This document shows positions 9,775 through 20,247 of a stretch of DNA of 64,000 nt, piece by piece. The translations under genes and the position numbers were made by a program. Every line of letters begins with the position of its first letter. Positions within the stretch are counted from its first letter, which is position 1. The notes beneath the pieces were generated by a model. It was given only the letters and a program-made list of their open reading frames with translations, ran no database searches and was not told where the DNA came from. The DNA is from Bacillus thermozeamaize. GTDB lineage: Bacteria; Bacillota; Bacilli; ZCTH02-B2. The stretch spans positions 6,177 to 70,176 of the forward strand of contig LZRT01000085.1 of the NCBI GenBank assembly GCA_002159075.1, in the 5' to 3' direction.

Positions 9775-10932
9775 ATGCCTTATCCACCTTACTTTACAGA
9801 GGAACATGATGCGTTTCGGGAAGAGATCCGTCATTTTTTTGCGACAGAGGTGGCTCCATATGCGCCGCAGTGGGAGGAACAAGGGTATTTTCCGCTATCC
9901 ATCCTCCGAAGGATGGGAGAGTTAGGGTACTTGGGCTTGAGTTATCCCGTTGAGGTAGGGGGACGTGGCGGAGATTATTTCATGAGCGTCGTGATGGCAG
10001 AGGAAAAGGCGCGATGTGGCGCAGGAGGATTCGGCATGGCGATCGCCGTCCAGACCGACATGGCCACCCCGCCGATTTACCAATTTGGCACGCCTGAGCA
10101 GATCGAACGCTTTTTGAAACCGGCCATCCGTGGTGAAAAGCTGGCCTGCCTGGGCATTACCGAACCAAACCACGGTTCTGACGTGCAGTCGATCGAGACG
10201 CGTGCCTACCGCGACGGGGATGAGTGGGTGATCAACGGCAGCAAGCTGTACATCACAAATGGCCCCCGGGCCGATTTCATTACGTTGGTGGCCCGCACAT
10301 CCGATGCCCCCGGGTACAAGGGAATCAGCCTGTTTCTTGTCGAACTGGACCGGCCAGGCGTCTCGGTGGCCAAAGTGCTGGACAAGGTGGGAATGCGTTC
10401 CTCCGACACGGCGGAATTGGTGTTCGACAATGTGAGAGTTCCGCATGAAAATTTGCTCGGGGAAGAGGGCAAGGGGTTTTACCAGATTATGTGGGAACTG
10501 CAGGGAGAGCGGGTGATCAGCGCGGCCGGGTCGGTCGGTTCCGCGCAGTATGCCTTTGAGCTGGCCTGCTCATATGCCCAAGGGAGAGCGGTGGCTGGCA
10601 AACCGCTGATCCGGAATCAGGTGATCAGACACATGTTGGCAGAGATGGCGACTGAAATTGAGGCGGTCCGGCAAATGGTGTATGCCACGGCTTACCGGTT
10701 TGCACGGAAAGAAGCCACCCCTTGGGAGATTTCGATGGCCAAGCTGGCCGCTTCGCAACTGGCCCACAAGGTGATCGATCAAACGCTGCAAATCCACGGC
10801 GGAAACGGCTACACCATGGATTATCCGGTGGAGCGGATGTGGCGCGATTCCCGCCTGCCCCGGATTGGCGCCGGAACAGATGAAATCATGAAAGAGATCA
10901 TCGCCAAAGGATTGCACATCATTGAAAGATAG
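9775..10932 (+). CDS. Acyl-CoA dehydrogenase
   Basis: Canonical ACAD N-terminus PYFTEEHDAFREEIRHF. Length 385 aa. Paralog of the ACAD at 40578. ATG follows AAAGGAGTGGAGG. Confidence 0.9.
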   Translation: MPYPPYFTEEHDAFREEIRHFFATEVAPYAPQWEEQGYFPLSILRRMGELGYLGLSYPVEVGGRGGDYFMSVVMAEEKARCGAGGFGMAIAVQTDMATPPIYQFGTPEQIERFLKPAIRGEKLACLGITEPNHGSDVQSIETRAYRDGDEWVINGSKLYITNGPRADFITLVARTSDAPGYKGISLFLVELDRPGVSVAKVLDKVGMRSSDTAELVFDNVRVPHENLLGEEGKGFYQIMWELQGERVISAAGSVGSAQYAFELACSYAQGRAVAGKPLIRNQVIRHMLAEMATEIEAVRQMVYATAYRFARKEATPWEISMAKLAASQLAHKVIDQTLQIHGGNGYTMDYPVERMWRDSRLPRIGAGTDEIMKEIIAKGLHIIER

Positions 10933-10979
10933 TCCTTTGTTGAAAGCGAAACTGCCGAAGATGATTGGAGTTGAGAAGC

Positions 10980-12125
10980 ATGTTTGAGTGGCTGTTTAGG
11001 GAAGAACATCAGATTTTTCGCAAAAGCGTCCGGCGGTTCCTGGAGAAGGAAATCGCGCCCCACGTCGCGGAATGGGAGCGCCAGCGCGCCTTGCCTCGTT
11101 CCGTGTTCAGGCGCTTTGGGGAAATGGGGTTTCTCGGTTTGGCTGTACCCGAACCGGCAGGCGGTGCTGGTGCCGACCCTGTGGCGGAAGCCATTTTTTA
11201 CGAAGAGCTGGGGCGTTACGGGACAGGAGGGGTGGCAGGATCTGTCGGTTATCACGCCGGCTGCGCCCTGCCATTGGTGGCTTCATATGGCGGCACGGAG
11301 CTAAAGGAGCGGTACCTGCAACCGTCCCTTCTCGGTGAGCAGCTTGGCGGACTGGCTCTGAGTGAACCGGAAAGCGGGTCCGAGCCCGGGAAAATCCGGA
11401 CGGTTGCCCGGCGGGATGGCGAGGGGTATCGCATCACTGGCGTCAAGAAATTTGTGACCAATGGCGATAGGGCAGATTGGCTGTGCGTCTCAGCGCGGAT
11501 CGAAGGCCAGGATGAGGTGAGCCTTTTTCTCGTCGACACCCGGGCTGCGGGGGTTGGTCCGAAGCGAAGCTTGCGCACGCTGGGGTGGCGTGCGGCGGGG
11601 CTGGCAGAGGTGGAGATGCATGATGTCGCAGTGCCTGCCAGCCATCTGTTAGGCGGAGAGGGCCAGGGCGAAGCGATCCTCGGCCAGTTCGCTCCGCGGG
11701 AGCAATTGATGCTGGCGCTTTTCTGCATCGGACTGGCCGACGCGGCGCTGGAGGAAACGATTGCCTACAGCAAGCAGAGAAAGCAGTTCAACCGGACCCT
11801 GAACCAGTTTCAGGTCCTGCAGCACAAGATGGTGGATATGGCCGTGGAGAGGGAAAAGGCGCGCCATTTGGCTTACCGGGCTGTCTATCTGCTGCAACAG
11901 GGGCAGGAGGCGGTGACCGTAATTTCCATGGCCAAGGCTTACGCCGGCGAAATGATCAAACAGGTGACCGATGCCGGCGTGCAAATCCATGGCGGGATGG
12001 GATATATGATGGAAACACCGATTCAAAGATATTGGCGGGATGCCCGGGCGCTGTCCATTGCCGGGGGGACGACACAGTCGGTGAGGGAGAAGCTCGCAGA
12101 GAGGCTTCAATTGACAGGGAATTGA
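10980..12125 (+). CDS. Acyl-CoA dehydrogenase (second of a tandem pair)
   Basis: N-terminus MFEWLFREEHQIFRKSVRRFLEKEI. Length 381 aa. Paralog of the ACAD at 41751. Confidence 0.9.
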   Translation: MFEWLFREEHQIFRKSVRRFLEKEIAPHVAEWERQRALPRSVFRRFGEMGFLGLAVPEPAGGAGADPVAEAIFYEELGRYGTGGVAGSVGYHAGCALPLVASYGGTELKERYLQPSLLGEQLGGLALSEPESGSEPGKIRTVARRDGEGYRITGVKKFVTNGDRADWLCVSARIEGQDEVSLFLVDTRAAGVGPKRSLRTLGWRAAGLAEVEMHDVAVPASHLLGGEGQGEAILGQFAPREQLMLALFCIGLADAALEETIAYSKQRKQFNRTLNQFQVLQHKMVDMAVEREKARHLAYRAVYLLQQGQEAVTVISMAKAYAGEMIKQVTDAGVQIHGGMGYMMETPIQRYWRDARALSIAGGTTQSVREKLAERLQLTGN

Positions 12126-12189
12126 TGACAGGGGATGAACCAATGGCCGGATGATGGAACGGAGGCCAACCAGAGAAGGAGGTAGCGGG

Positions 12190-13791
12190 ATGGTTCGCGA
12201 CGATGAGCAACGTGCGAGGAGACGGACGGCAACAGAAGATGCAGCAGATATGACCATTGGAAGCCTGGTCGCTGAACTGGAGGAGAAAAAGGAGCGGATC
12301 CGCCGGGAGATGGGAGGGGCGGCCGCCATCGAACGGCAGCATCAACGGGGCAAGCTGACCGCCCGGGAGCGGATATCGTTGTTGTTTGATCCGGGAACTT
12401 TTGAGGAAATGGGGATTTTGGATTATCAATTGGGGGGCGACCCGGCGAAAACGGCGGCAGACGGTGTGATCACGGGAACCGGGAAGATCCAGGGCCGTCC
12501 TGCCTGTGTGGTGGCGTATGATTTTACGGTGATGGCCGGTTCGATGGGCCGCAGTGGAGGCGTCAAGGCGGCGCGGATGCGGGAGTGGGCGATGAAACAC
12601 CGGATTCCTCTCATCTGGCTGATCGACTCAGCGGGTGCCCGCATCCAGGAGTCGGCGAATTCCCTCTTTGCCCAAACGGGAGACATCTTTTTTGAACAGG
12701 TGATGATGTCCGGCGTGATTCCCCAGGTCTGTGCGGTGATGGGTCCCGGGTTTGCCGGCACCGCGTATATTCCGGCCCTCTCCGACTTCGTGCCGATGGT
12801 CAAGGGAACCAGCTTTTTGGGGCTGGGCGGCCCGCCTTTGGTCAAGGCGGCGATTGGAGAGGAGATCAGTGAGGAAGAGCTGGGAGGGAGCCGGATCCAC
12901 TGCGAGATTTCGGGAGTCGGAGATCTGGAGGTGGAGGATGATGCGGCCTGCATCCAGGCGGTGCGGGATTACCTGAGTTACTTTCCCCTGAATTGTCAGG
13001 AGCTGCCGCCTGTCCTCCCCACAGATGATCCGATTGACCGGTCCTGTGAGCGGATCAGTGAATTAGTGCCGTTGGCCACCAACAAGCCGTTCGACATGTT
13101 GGAACTTATCCGGGAGATCGTGGATCATGGCCAGGTGTTTGAAATCAAGCCGAAGTGGGCGCGCAACATGATCACAGCGCTCGCCCGGATTGGCGGCCAT
13201 TCGGTGGGGATCGTCGCCAACCAGCCGAAATGGATGGGAGGAGCCATCGATGTCAACGCTTCGGACAAGGCGGCGAGGTTCATCAATCTCTGTGACGCGT
13301 TCAACATTCCGTTGCTGTTTCTGGTCGACACGCCTGCCTTTTTGATCGGATCGGCGGTGGAGAAGGCCGGGATCATCCGGCACGGGGCCAAATTTTTGCA
13401 CGCCACTGCCTCCGCCACGGTGCCCAAGTTTACGGTCGTCGTGCGCAAGGCGTTTGGCGCCGGATATTACGTGATGAACGGCAGGGCCTATGAGCCGGAC
13501 CTGTTTGTCGCCTATCCCAACGCCCAAATCAGTTTGATGGGTGCCGAAGGAGCGGTAAACATCATTTTTCGCCGCGAAATCGCGCAGGCAGAAGATCCGG
13601 AGGCCCGCCGCAGGGAATTGATCGAAGAGTATCGGCGCCGGATCTCGACAGATATGGTGGCCGGTGCGGCACTTGTGGATGAGATCATCAACCCGGCGGA
13701 TACCCGTCGCATCCTGGCTTCTGCCCTGGAAAGAACGCGGGGCAAACATGTGGAACGCCCCTGGAAAAGGCGCCCTGTCCTGCCGGTCTAG
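12190..13791 (+). CDS. Acyl-CoA carboxylase carboxyltransferase subunit (propionyl-CoA/methylcrotonyl-CoA carboxylase beta-like)
   Basis: PccB-like N-terminus (ELEEKKERIRREMGGAAAIERQHQRGKLTARERISLLFD). Length about 530 aa. ATG at 12190 sits 7 nt after AGGAGG; the N-terminus could alternatively start at 12250. Confidence 0.8.
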   Translation: MVRDDEQRARRRTATEDAADMTIGSLVAELEEKKERIRREMGGAAAIERQHQRGKLTARERISLLFDPGTFEEMGILDYQLGGDPAKTAADGVITGTGKIQGRPACVVAYDFTVMAGSMGRSGGVKAARMREWAMKHRIPLIWLIDSAGARIQESANSLFAQTGDIFFEQVMMSGVIPQVCAVMGPGFAGTAYIPALSDFVPMVKGTSFLGLGGPPLVKAAIGEEISEEELGGSRIHCEISGVGDLEVEDDAACIQAVRDYLSYFPLNCQELPPVLPTDDPIDRSCERISELVPLATNKPFDMLELIREIVDHGQVFEIKPKWARNMITALARIGGHSVGIVANQPKWMGGAIDVNASDKAARFINLCDAFNIPLLFLVDTPAFLIGSAVEKAGIIRHGAKFLHATASATVPKFTVVVRKAFGAGYYVMNGRAYEPDLFVAYPNAQISLMGAEGAVNIIFRREIAQAEDPEARRRELIEEYRRRISTDMVAGAALVDEIINPADTRRILASALERTRGKHVERPWKRRPVLPV

Positions 13792-13825
13792 CTTTCAGTG
13801 CAGTCTGAGCGAAAGGAGGGAGCGG

Positions 13826-15421
13826 ATGGTGGTGTCAAATGCAGCATTGGAAAAGAACTTGATTCAGCGCGTCTGCGTGGGGGATATCCCTGCACGTTCC
13901 GCCAACCATTTTCCGGATAAGGTGGCGATCATCGACGAAGGGCAGCGATTCACCTATCGGAAGTTTAATGATCTTGTCAATTGCCTGGGAAATGTCTTGC
14001 TCCAGCTGGGCGCCAGGCATCAGGACGTGGTGGCTGTCATGTGCCCGAATACCTGGGAGATGCTGGTGAGTTACTTTGCCTGCGCGAAGGCCGGACTGGT
14101 CGCCATGCCTGTCAACCTCGGGCTGAAGGCGCATGAGGTGGCCTACTGCTTCCACGATTCGCAGGCGAAAATCCTGATTGCGGATGGTGCCTTTGCGGAG
14201 ATGATGTCCCGTGTCATTCCGGAGTTGCCGCATTTGCAACACGTGATCTGGACCAGGGTGGAAGGTGAGCTTCCCGCTGTCGGAAAAGCGTCCCACCGGA
14301 TGGAAACGTTGCTTTCATCCGGTCAGTCCCGGGAAGTGGAAACGTTGATTGATGATCGGGATATCGTCCAGTTGCTGTACACCAGCGGAACCACTTCAAA
14401 TCCCAAAGGGGTGCTGACAAGCCATGTGGCCGTGACCATTGCGGCGCTTTCATCTGCCTTGCAAAACAAGACGGATCACACCCATGTCACCCTGTCGGTC
14501 TTGCCGCTGTTTCATTGTGCGATGCTGAACGCAGGAGCCATTCCCTTGCTGCTCGTCGGCGGCACCCTGGTCCTTGTGAAAAAGTTTGACCCGCTTCGGG
14601 TGGCTGAGCTGATTGAGCGGGAACAGGTGACCCATGTGGGATTGCTGCCGATGATGTACCAGGCGATGCTGGATCATCCTGCCACTCGTTCCCGCGTTTT
14701 TCCCTCTGTCAAGATGGCGCGGTATGCGATGACGCCCCTTCCGGAGAAGACGTTGCACGAATTGAAAAAGATGTTTCCCAACGCGGATCTGCTGCTGGGT
14801 TCCGGGCAGACCGAATTCACCCCGCCGACCACGTACCAGCGGCCGGAACACCAGTTTGTCAAGTCAGCCTCTTGGGGAGTGGCGACCCCGATGGTGCAGA
14901 TTGAGATCATGGACGAGGAAGGAAATTTGTTGCCCAGGGGTCAAATCGGCGAGATTGTCTATCGCGGGCCGCACGTGATGGAAGGCTACTTGAATCTTCC
15001 CGAGCAGACGGCTGAATCGTTCCGTTATGGATGGTTTCATAGCGGCGATTTGGCCTGGATGGACGAAGAGGGGGTGGTGTGGTTCGCGGATCGCAAGAAG
15101 GACATGATCAAGACCGGAGGGGAAAATGTGGCCTCCATTGAAGTGGAACGGTTGTTGATGGGACATCCCGCTGTGCAAGAGGCTGCCGTCATCGGCTTGC
15201 CGCATCCCTACTGGGGGGAAGCGGTGACCGCCATCGTCATGCGCAAACCGGGAGAAGAAGTGACGGAAGAAGCGCTGATCGCCTATGCCAAGGAACATTT
15301 GGCGGGGTTTAAGGTTCCGAAAAGGGTCATCTTCACTGACGAGCTTCCGAAGACCGGCACCGGAAAAATCCAGAAGCATCTGCTGAGGCAGAAATTCCAA
15401 GATCTGTACCACGAGACATGA
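13826..15421 (+). CDS. AMP-dependent acyl-CoA synthetase/ligase (FadD/LcfB-like)
   Basis: AMP-binding motif YTSGTTSNPKGV. ATG follows AAAGGAGGGAG. The upstream in-frame extension in the ORF track is only an artifact of no in-frame stop. Confidence 0.85.
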   Translation: MVVSNAALEKNLIQRVCVGDIPARSANHFPDKVAIIDEGQRFTYRKFNDLVNCLGNVLLQLGARHQDVVAVMCPNTWEMLVSYFACAKAGLVAMPVNLGLKAHEVAYCFHDSQAKILIADGAFAEMMSRVIPELPHLQHVIWTRVEGELPAVGKASHRMETLLSSGQSREVETLIDDRDIVQLLYTSGTTSNPKGVLTSHVAVTIAALSSALQNKTDHTHVTLSVLPLFHCAMLNAGAIPLLLVGGTLVLVKKFDPLRVAELIEREQVTHVGLLPMMYQAMLDHPATRSRVFPSVKMARYAMTPLPEKTLHELKKMFPNADLLLGSGQTEFTPPTTYQRPEHQFVKSASWGVATPMVQIEIMDEEGNLLPRGQIGEIVYRGPHVMEGYLNLPEQTAESFRYGWFHSGDLAWMDEEGVVWFADRKKDMIKTGGENVASIEVERLLMGHPAVQEAAVIGLPHPYWGEAVTAIVMRKPGEEVTEEALIAYAKEHLAGFKVPKRVIFTDELPKTGTGKIQKHLLRQKFQDLYHET

Positions 15422-15494
15422 CGCCATCGACGGGTTTTCCATCAGATGTTGCAAGAAATGACGAAGACAGAGCGGAAGAAGGGGGAGTGAAAAG

Positions 15495-16634
15495 ATGAGA
15501 GGAAGGCAAATCATCGCCAAAATTGGATTATTACTCTGTCTGTTATCGCTTTTATGGGTGAGTGCATGCGGAGGCGGCGGGGAACCTGCCAGTTCCCAGG
15601 ATAATTCGGGGAAGGATGATAAAAATTCCAACGGACAAGACGGCAATACGTATCGCCTGACGTATAACCTGACTTTTCCGCCCGCGGCCAACGATTGGGA
15701 GCCCAAGTATTGGGCGGCAGAGGAATACGCCCGGTTGGTCAAGGAACGGACCAACGGCCGGGTGCAAATTGACGTCTTTTACAGTAACCAGCTGGTTCCG
15801 CAAAACGAACTGCTGGACGCCCTCGCTTCCGGCACGGTGGACATGGGAGGCGCTTCTGCCTACTATGGACAGCTGGTTCCGGAGATTGACGCTATCTGGC
15901 TGCCCTTCTGGAACAAGGGAGAAGAGCACGCGATGCATGTCATGCGTGAAACCGAGGTCGGGAAAATATTTGAAAAGAGCCTGGAAGATTACGGGGCCAA
16001 GGTTTTGTTCTACTGGCCTACTGGGATGTATGCTTTGATGACCAAAGAACCTGTCCAAAGCCTGAAAGACTTGAAAGGAATAAAGATGCGCCTCGCCTTT
16101 GGCATTTGGAAGCAGTGGTATGAACAAATGGGCGTGGCCCCTGCCAATGTCGCCGCTGCTGAACAGTATGAAGCGCTGTTGAGAGGGACGATTGACGGCG
16201 TGATTTACCCGACCTACACCATTGAAACCTACAAGTTTCACGAAGTGATCGACTATCTGACGGTGCCCGGGTTCATCGATCCCACCTTGTGCTTCACGAT
16301 GATCAGCAAAGCCAAATGGGATCAACTTCCTTCGGACATCCAGCAGATTTTGCTGGAAGTGGGCCGTGAGATGGAACAGAAAGCTGCCGAAGCTTCCAAG
16401 AAATACACCGAAAATGCGATTCAGCTGGCAGAAGAAAAAGGGGTCAAGGTGAATCGCTTAAAGCCTGAGGAGTTTGAAGAATTTAGAAGGTCGGCTGAAG
16501 TGGTTTGGGAAGAATTTGCGAAACGTAATTCGAATACGCAGCGAATCGTGGAGATTCTGAAAAAAGATTTGGAGGATTGGGCGAGGGAGAATCCTGCCGC
16601 CAAGGAATGGGAGAAACGCTGGTTGGAGCAATGA
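15495..16634 (+). CDS. TRAP transporter substrate-binding protein (DctP family), lipoprotein
   Basis: Signal peptide with lipobox VSACGG. DctP-like sequence. Followed directly by DctQ and DctM genes. Confidence 0.85.
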   Translation: MRGRQIIAKIGLLLCLLSLLWVSACGGGGEPASSQDNSGKDDKNSNGQDGNTYRLTYNLTFPPAANDWEPKYWAAEEYARLVKERTNGRVQIDVFYSNQLVPQNELLDALASGTVDMGGASAYYGQLVPEIDAIWLPFWNKGEEHAMHVMRETEVGKIFEKSLEDYGAKVLFYWPTGMYALMTKEPVQSLKDLKGIKMRLAFGIWKQWYEQMGVAPANVAAAEQYEALLRGTIDGVIYPTYTIETYKFHEVIDYLTVPGFIDPTLCFTMISKAKWDQLPSDIQQILLEVGREMEQKAAEASKKYTENAIQLAEEKGVKVNRLKPEEFEEFRRSAEVVWEEFAKRNSNTQRIVEILKKDLEDWARENPAAKEWEKRWLEQ

Positions 16635-16719
16635 GGGATCACTGAGAACCCTGATCATGCACGTGAATGGGGAGAATAAGTGGCTGACCAGGTAAGCTGC
16701 AAACCGGTTTAGGAGGAAA

Positions 16720-17244
16720 ATGATGAGAACATTCGCTCTGATTATCCGACGGCTCAATGAAGCGATGATGTGGGTGGTTGGTATATTGATTCTGATCATG
16801 GGGTTGACGCTTTTCTATGACGTAATGATGCGTTATTTTTTCAAGGCGCCAACGGCCTGGTCTTTTGATTTGGCAGGCTGGTTTACCGGGTTGTCCGCTT
16901 TTTTGGCGGGTGGCTACGCGTTGTTGAAAAAGGCTCATATCCGCGTCGATATTTTTTACCAGAAGTTTTCTCCGAGGGTACAGGGGGGGCTGGACGCTCT
17001 GACCTCTGTATTCCTCTTTCTCATCGTACTGATCCTGGTTTGGAAAGGCGGGGAGCGAACCCTGCACAACTTGAATATCGGCGCCGTAGCCAACACCGGG
17101 CTGAACATCTACATCTGGATCAAGTGGCTGATGGTACCTCTTGGAGGGGTGTTGTTGGGCTTGCAGGCCATCGTGAACCTGGTAGATGATGTATACCTCT
17201 TTATCACTGGCAGACATCTCATCGATGTGGCGGAGGATGGTTGA
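16720..17244 (+). CDS. TRAP transporter small permease (DctQ)
   Basis: About 174 aa with four TM helices. ATG follows AGGAGG. Positioned between the DctP and DctM genes. Confidence 0.8.
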   Translation: MMRTFALIIRRLNEAMMWVVGILILIMGLTLFYDVMMRYFFKAPTAWSFDLAGWFTGLSAFLAGGYALLKKAHIRVDIFYQKFSPRVQGGLDALTSVFLFLIVLILVWKGGERTLHNLNIGAVANTGLNIYIWIKWLMVPLGGVLLGLQAIVNLVDDVYLFITGRHLIDVAEDG

Positions 17245-17246
17245 TC

Positions 17247-18563
17247 ATGACAGAAGCATGGATGATTGCGCTGATCATGTTTGGTTCACTGCTTTTGTTC
17301 CTCGCTTTGGGGGTGCCCATCGCTTTTACGATGGGCGGGCTTTCTCTGATTATCGGCTTTCTTTACTGGGGAGGATTGCCCAGCGTAGAAGCCTTTGTGC
17401 TCGGTTCTTTTGGGAAGGTGACCGAGTTTACGCTCACTGCGTTGCCCTTATATATCTTCATGGCTGCCATTCTCCAGTACAGCGACCTGGCGGATGACAT
17501 GTATGAGGCGGTTTACCGCTGGCTTGGCGGGATACGCGGCGGATTGGCGGCCGGGACGACTTTCATCTCTTCGATTTTTGCCGCGATGGTGGGGATTGCC
17601 ACCGTGGCGACAGCCACGCTGGGCATGACCGCCCGACCCTCGATGATCAAACGGGGGTATGATGAGAAGATGACCTTGGGCGTGATCATGGCTGGAGGTG
17701 CGCTAGGCATTCTCATTCCACCCAGCATCATCATGATCATTTATGCCACGGAGGCGAACGTCTCGGCAGGAGCCATGTTTATAGGCGGCATTCTCCCTGG
17801 TATTCTGGCGGCGGTGATCTTTATATTGTACGTGCTGATTCTTTGTTTTCTGAAGCCGGAAAAAGGACCCGCTTTAAGGAAGGAAGAGCGTTACACACTT
17901 AAGGAGAAAATCGCTTCACTCAAGTCGGTCATCCTGCCGCTGTTTGTCATTGTGCTGGTTCTCGGAAGCATTTACCTGGGCGTCGCCACGCCGACCGAAG
18001 CGGCCGCTGTCGGTGTGGTCGGTGCCCTGATCAGCGCGGCCATCAAGAGGAAGCTGTCCTTGGACAATTTCAAGAAAATGATTGAGATGACGGTCCGGAT
18101 CAATGCCATGGTGTTCTGGATCATTATCGGGGCGGTTGCTTACTCCCGGATAGTCACAGTCACGGGTGTAGGTGAGTGGTTCGCTTCCTTGATTACAGGC
18201 TTGGAGATCAACCGCTGGGTGATTTTGATCGGCATGCAGCTCATCTTCTTCATCTTGGGCATGCTGGTGGATCCGGCCGGGATCATCCTGATGACCGGTC
18301 CGCTCTTTTTGCCGGTGGTCACTGAGCTAGGGTTCGATCCGGTATGGTATGGCGTGATGTTCGTCATCAATATGTGCATGGCCTACATGACGCCGCCTTT
18401 TGGATTCAATCTGTTTGTCATGCGGGGCGTGGCGCCCGAAGTGCCGATCGGAACCATTTATGCTTCGGTCTGGCCGTTTGTCGGGTTGTATATCTTGGTC
18501 TTGGCGTTAGTGATGATTTTTCCGCAACTGGTGTTATGGTTGCCTTCCTTGATGCTGAAATAA
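17247..18563 (+). CDS. TRAP transporter large permease (DctM)
   Basis: About 438 aa polytopic membrane protein with a DctM-like sequence. Start overlaps the dctQ stop codon. Confidence 0.9.
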   Translation: MTEAWMIALIMFGSLLLFLALGVPIAFTMGGLSLIIGFLYWGGLPSVEAFVLGSFGKVTEFTLTALPLYIFMAAILQYSDLADDMYEAVYRWLGGIRGGLAAGTTFISSIFAAMVGIATVATATLGMTARPSMIKRGYDEKMTLGVIMAGGALGILIPPSIIMIIYATEANVSAGAMFIGGILPGILAAVIFILYVLILCFLKPEKGPALRKEERYTLKEKIASLKSVILPLFVIVLVLGSIYLGVATPTEAAAVGVVGALISAAIKRKLSLDNFKKMIEMTVRINAMVFWIIIGAVAYSRIVTVTGVGEWFASLITGLEINRWVILIGMQLIFFILGMLVDPAGIILMTGPLFLPVVTELGFDPVWYGVMFVINMCMAYMTPPFGFNLFVMRGVAPEVPIGTIYASVWPFVGLYILVLALVMIFPQLVLWLPSLMLK

Positions 18564-18700
18564 GCCTGCGCCGATACCGGGCGTCAAATGGTTTCTGGAA
18601 GCAGCATTGGCGACGAAGGACGGAACCCAGCTTTTATCAATACGGATGATGGATGGGGAGGGATGGGCCTGTGTTGGATCTGGGAGGGATTGGCCAATGG

Positions 18701-20233
18701 ATGACAAGGCGGACGGAATTGTCATCCGATAAGGTGGCGTTGATCTTTCATGGCAGTACGTTGACTTATGCGCAATTCAACCGGCGGATAAACCGGCTCG
18801 CACACGCCCTGATGAAGAGGGGTGTGAGAAAAGGGGACCGTGTGGCCTGTCTTTTGCACAATTGTCCGGAGTTTCTGGAGACCCTCTTCGCCTGTGCCAA
18901 GATCGGGACCATGTTGGTCCCCATCAACTACCGCTTGAGCCCGGAGGAAGTGAAGTTTATCTTGCAGGATTCCGGTTCCCATGTGGTGATATACCACACG
19001 ACGTTGTCCGGTTTGCTGAAGCCGATCATCCATGACACGGAAGTTCTCCATAAGATTTATCTTCCTTTTCCGCCACAGGAGGCAGTTGCAGATCTTTCGA
19101 ATGACTTGCCCGCCGCTGAGTCGTATGAAGTCATTCTCCAGTCGGAAGGGGAGAGAGAGCCTTCGCTGCCTGTATCCGAGCATGATCCTCTATTGATCAT
19201 GTACACCTCAGGCACCACGGGCTTGCCCAAGGGAGCGTTGCTCACCCATCGCAATATCACTTGGAACGCCATCAACAGTTTTCTCAATAAGGATTCCATA
19301 CAGTCAGACGATGTGATTCTGACTGTCGCTCCTCTCTTTCACATCGGCGGGCTGAGCATTCATACCCTGCCCGCTCTCTACAAAGGAGCGACAGTGGTTC
19401 TCCTGGACAAGTTCGATCCCCAAGTCGTGTTGGAAACAGTGCAGGAGTACAAAGTGTCCGTGTTGTTCCTTGTCCCTGCGATGTGGCAGGCGCTGATGAA
19501 AGTTCCGGATTTTTCCCGCTACAATCTGTCATCTCTGCGTGATTTGGTTTCGGGAGGGGCGCCGTGTCCGTTGACGGTAATCCAGTTTTTCCAGGAACGC
19601 GGGTTCCGATTTTTGGAGGGGTTCGGGATGACCGAAACGGCACCCGGCGTCATGATCCTCACCAGTGAAGATGCGGTCCGCAAAAACGGTTCGGTAGGCC
19701 GCCCGTTGATGCACGTGAGGGCGCGTATCGTGGATGAAGAGGACAGGGATGTGCCCCCGGGCGAGGTGGGGGAACTGGTCCTTCAGGGTCCCAACATCTG
19801 CGCCGGCTATTGGCACAGGCCGGAAGCCAATGAGGAAGCATTTCGTAACGGCTGGTTTCATACGGGAGATCTGGCCCGGCAGGATGAAGAGGGCTATTTC
19901 TACATCGTCGACCGGAAGAAGGACATGCTGATCTCCGGCGGGGAAAACATTTATTCCACAGAGGTGGAACAGGTGCTGTTCCGGCATCCGAAAGTGGCGG
20001 ATGTGGCGGTCATCGGCATTCCGGATGAGAAGTGGGGTGAGGTGCCGGCGGCCATTGTCGTCCTGAAACCGGGTGCGGGGCAGTTGACGATTGAAGAACT
20101 GGCCGCCCACTGTGAAGGGAAGTTGGCCAGATACAAAATTCCGAAAATGTTGAGGATTATTGAAGAGCTGCCCAGAAATGCGACGGGCAAAGTGCTCAAG
20201 CGCAAGTTGCGGGAAGAGTTGCAAACGGGATAA
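18701..20233 (+). CDS. AMP-dependent acyl-CoA synthetase/ligase
   Basis: AMP-binding motif YTSGTTGLPKGA. The start is uncertain between ATG 18653 and ATG 18701, which has GGGAGGG 13 nt upstream. Confidence 0.8.
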   Translation: MTRRTELSSDKVALIFHGSTLTYAQFNRRINRLAHALMKRGVRKGDRVACLLHNCPEFLETLFACAKIGTMLVPINYRLSPEEVKFILQDSGSHVVIYHTTLSGLLKPIIHDTEVLHKIYLPFPPQEAVADLSNDLPAAESYEVILQSEGEREPSLPVSEHDPLLIMYTSGTTGLPKGALLTHRNITWNAINSFLNKDSIQSDDVILTVAPLFHIGGLSIHTLPALYKGATVVLLDKFDPQVVLETVQEYKVSVLFLVPAMWQALMKVPDFSRYNLSSLRDLVSGGAPCPLTVIQFFQERGFRFLEGFGMTETAPGVMILTSEDAVRKNGSVGRPLMHVRARIVDEEDRDVPPGEVGELVLQGPNICAGYWHRPEANEEAFRNGWFHTGDLARQDEEGYFYIVDRKKDMLISGGENIYSTEVEQVLFRHPKVADVAVIGIPDEKWGEVPAAIVVLKPGAGQLTIEELAAHCEGKLARYKIPKMLRIIEELPRNATGKVLKRKLREELQTG

Positions 20234-20247
20234 AGGAGGATGGCAGA

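Noticed and set aside
12151-12189. Extended N-terminus (MMERRPTREGGSG) for the carboxyltransferase
   Set aside because: The downstream ATG at 12190 has a strong AGGAGG RBS at ideal spacing. The extension has none and is low-complexity.
13664-13825. In-frame upstream extension fusing the carboxyltransferase 3' end to the acyl-CoA ligase
   Set aside because: This comes from the absence of an in-frame stop. The ligase starts at 13826 after AAAGGAGGGAG, and the extension overlaps the preceding gene in another frame.
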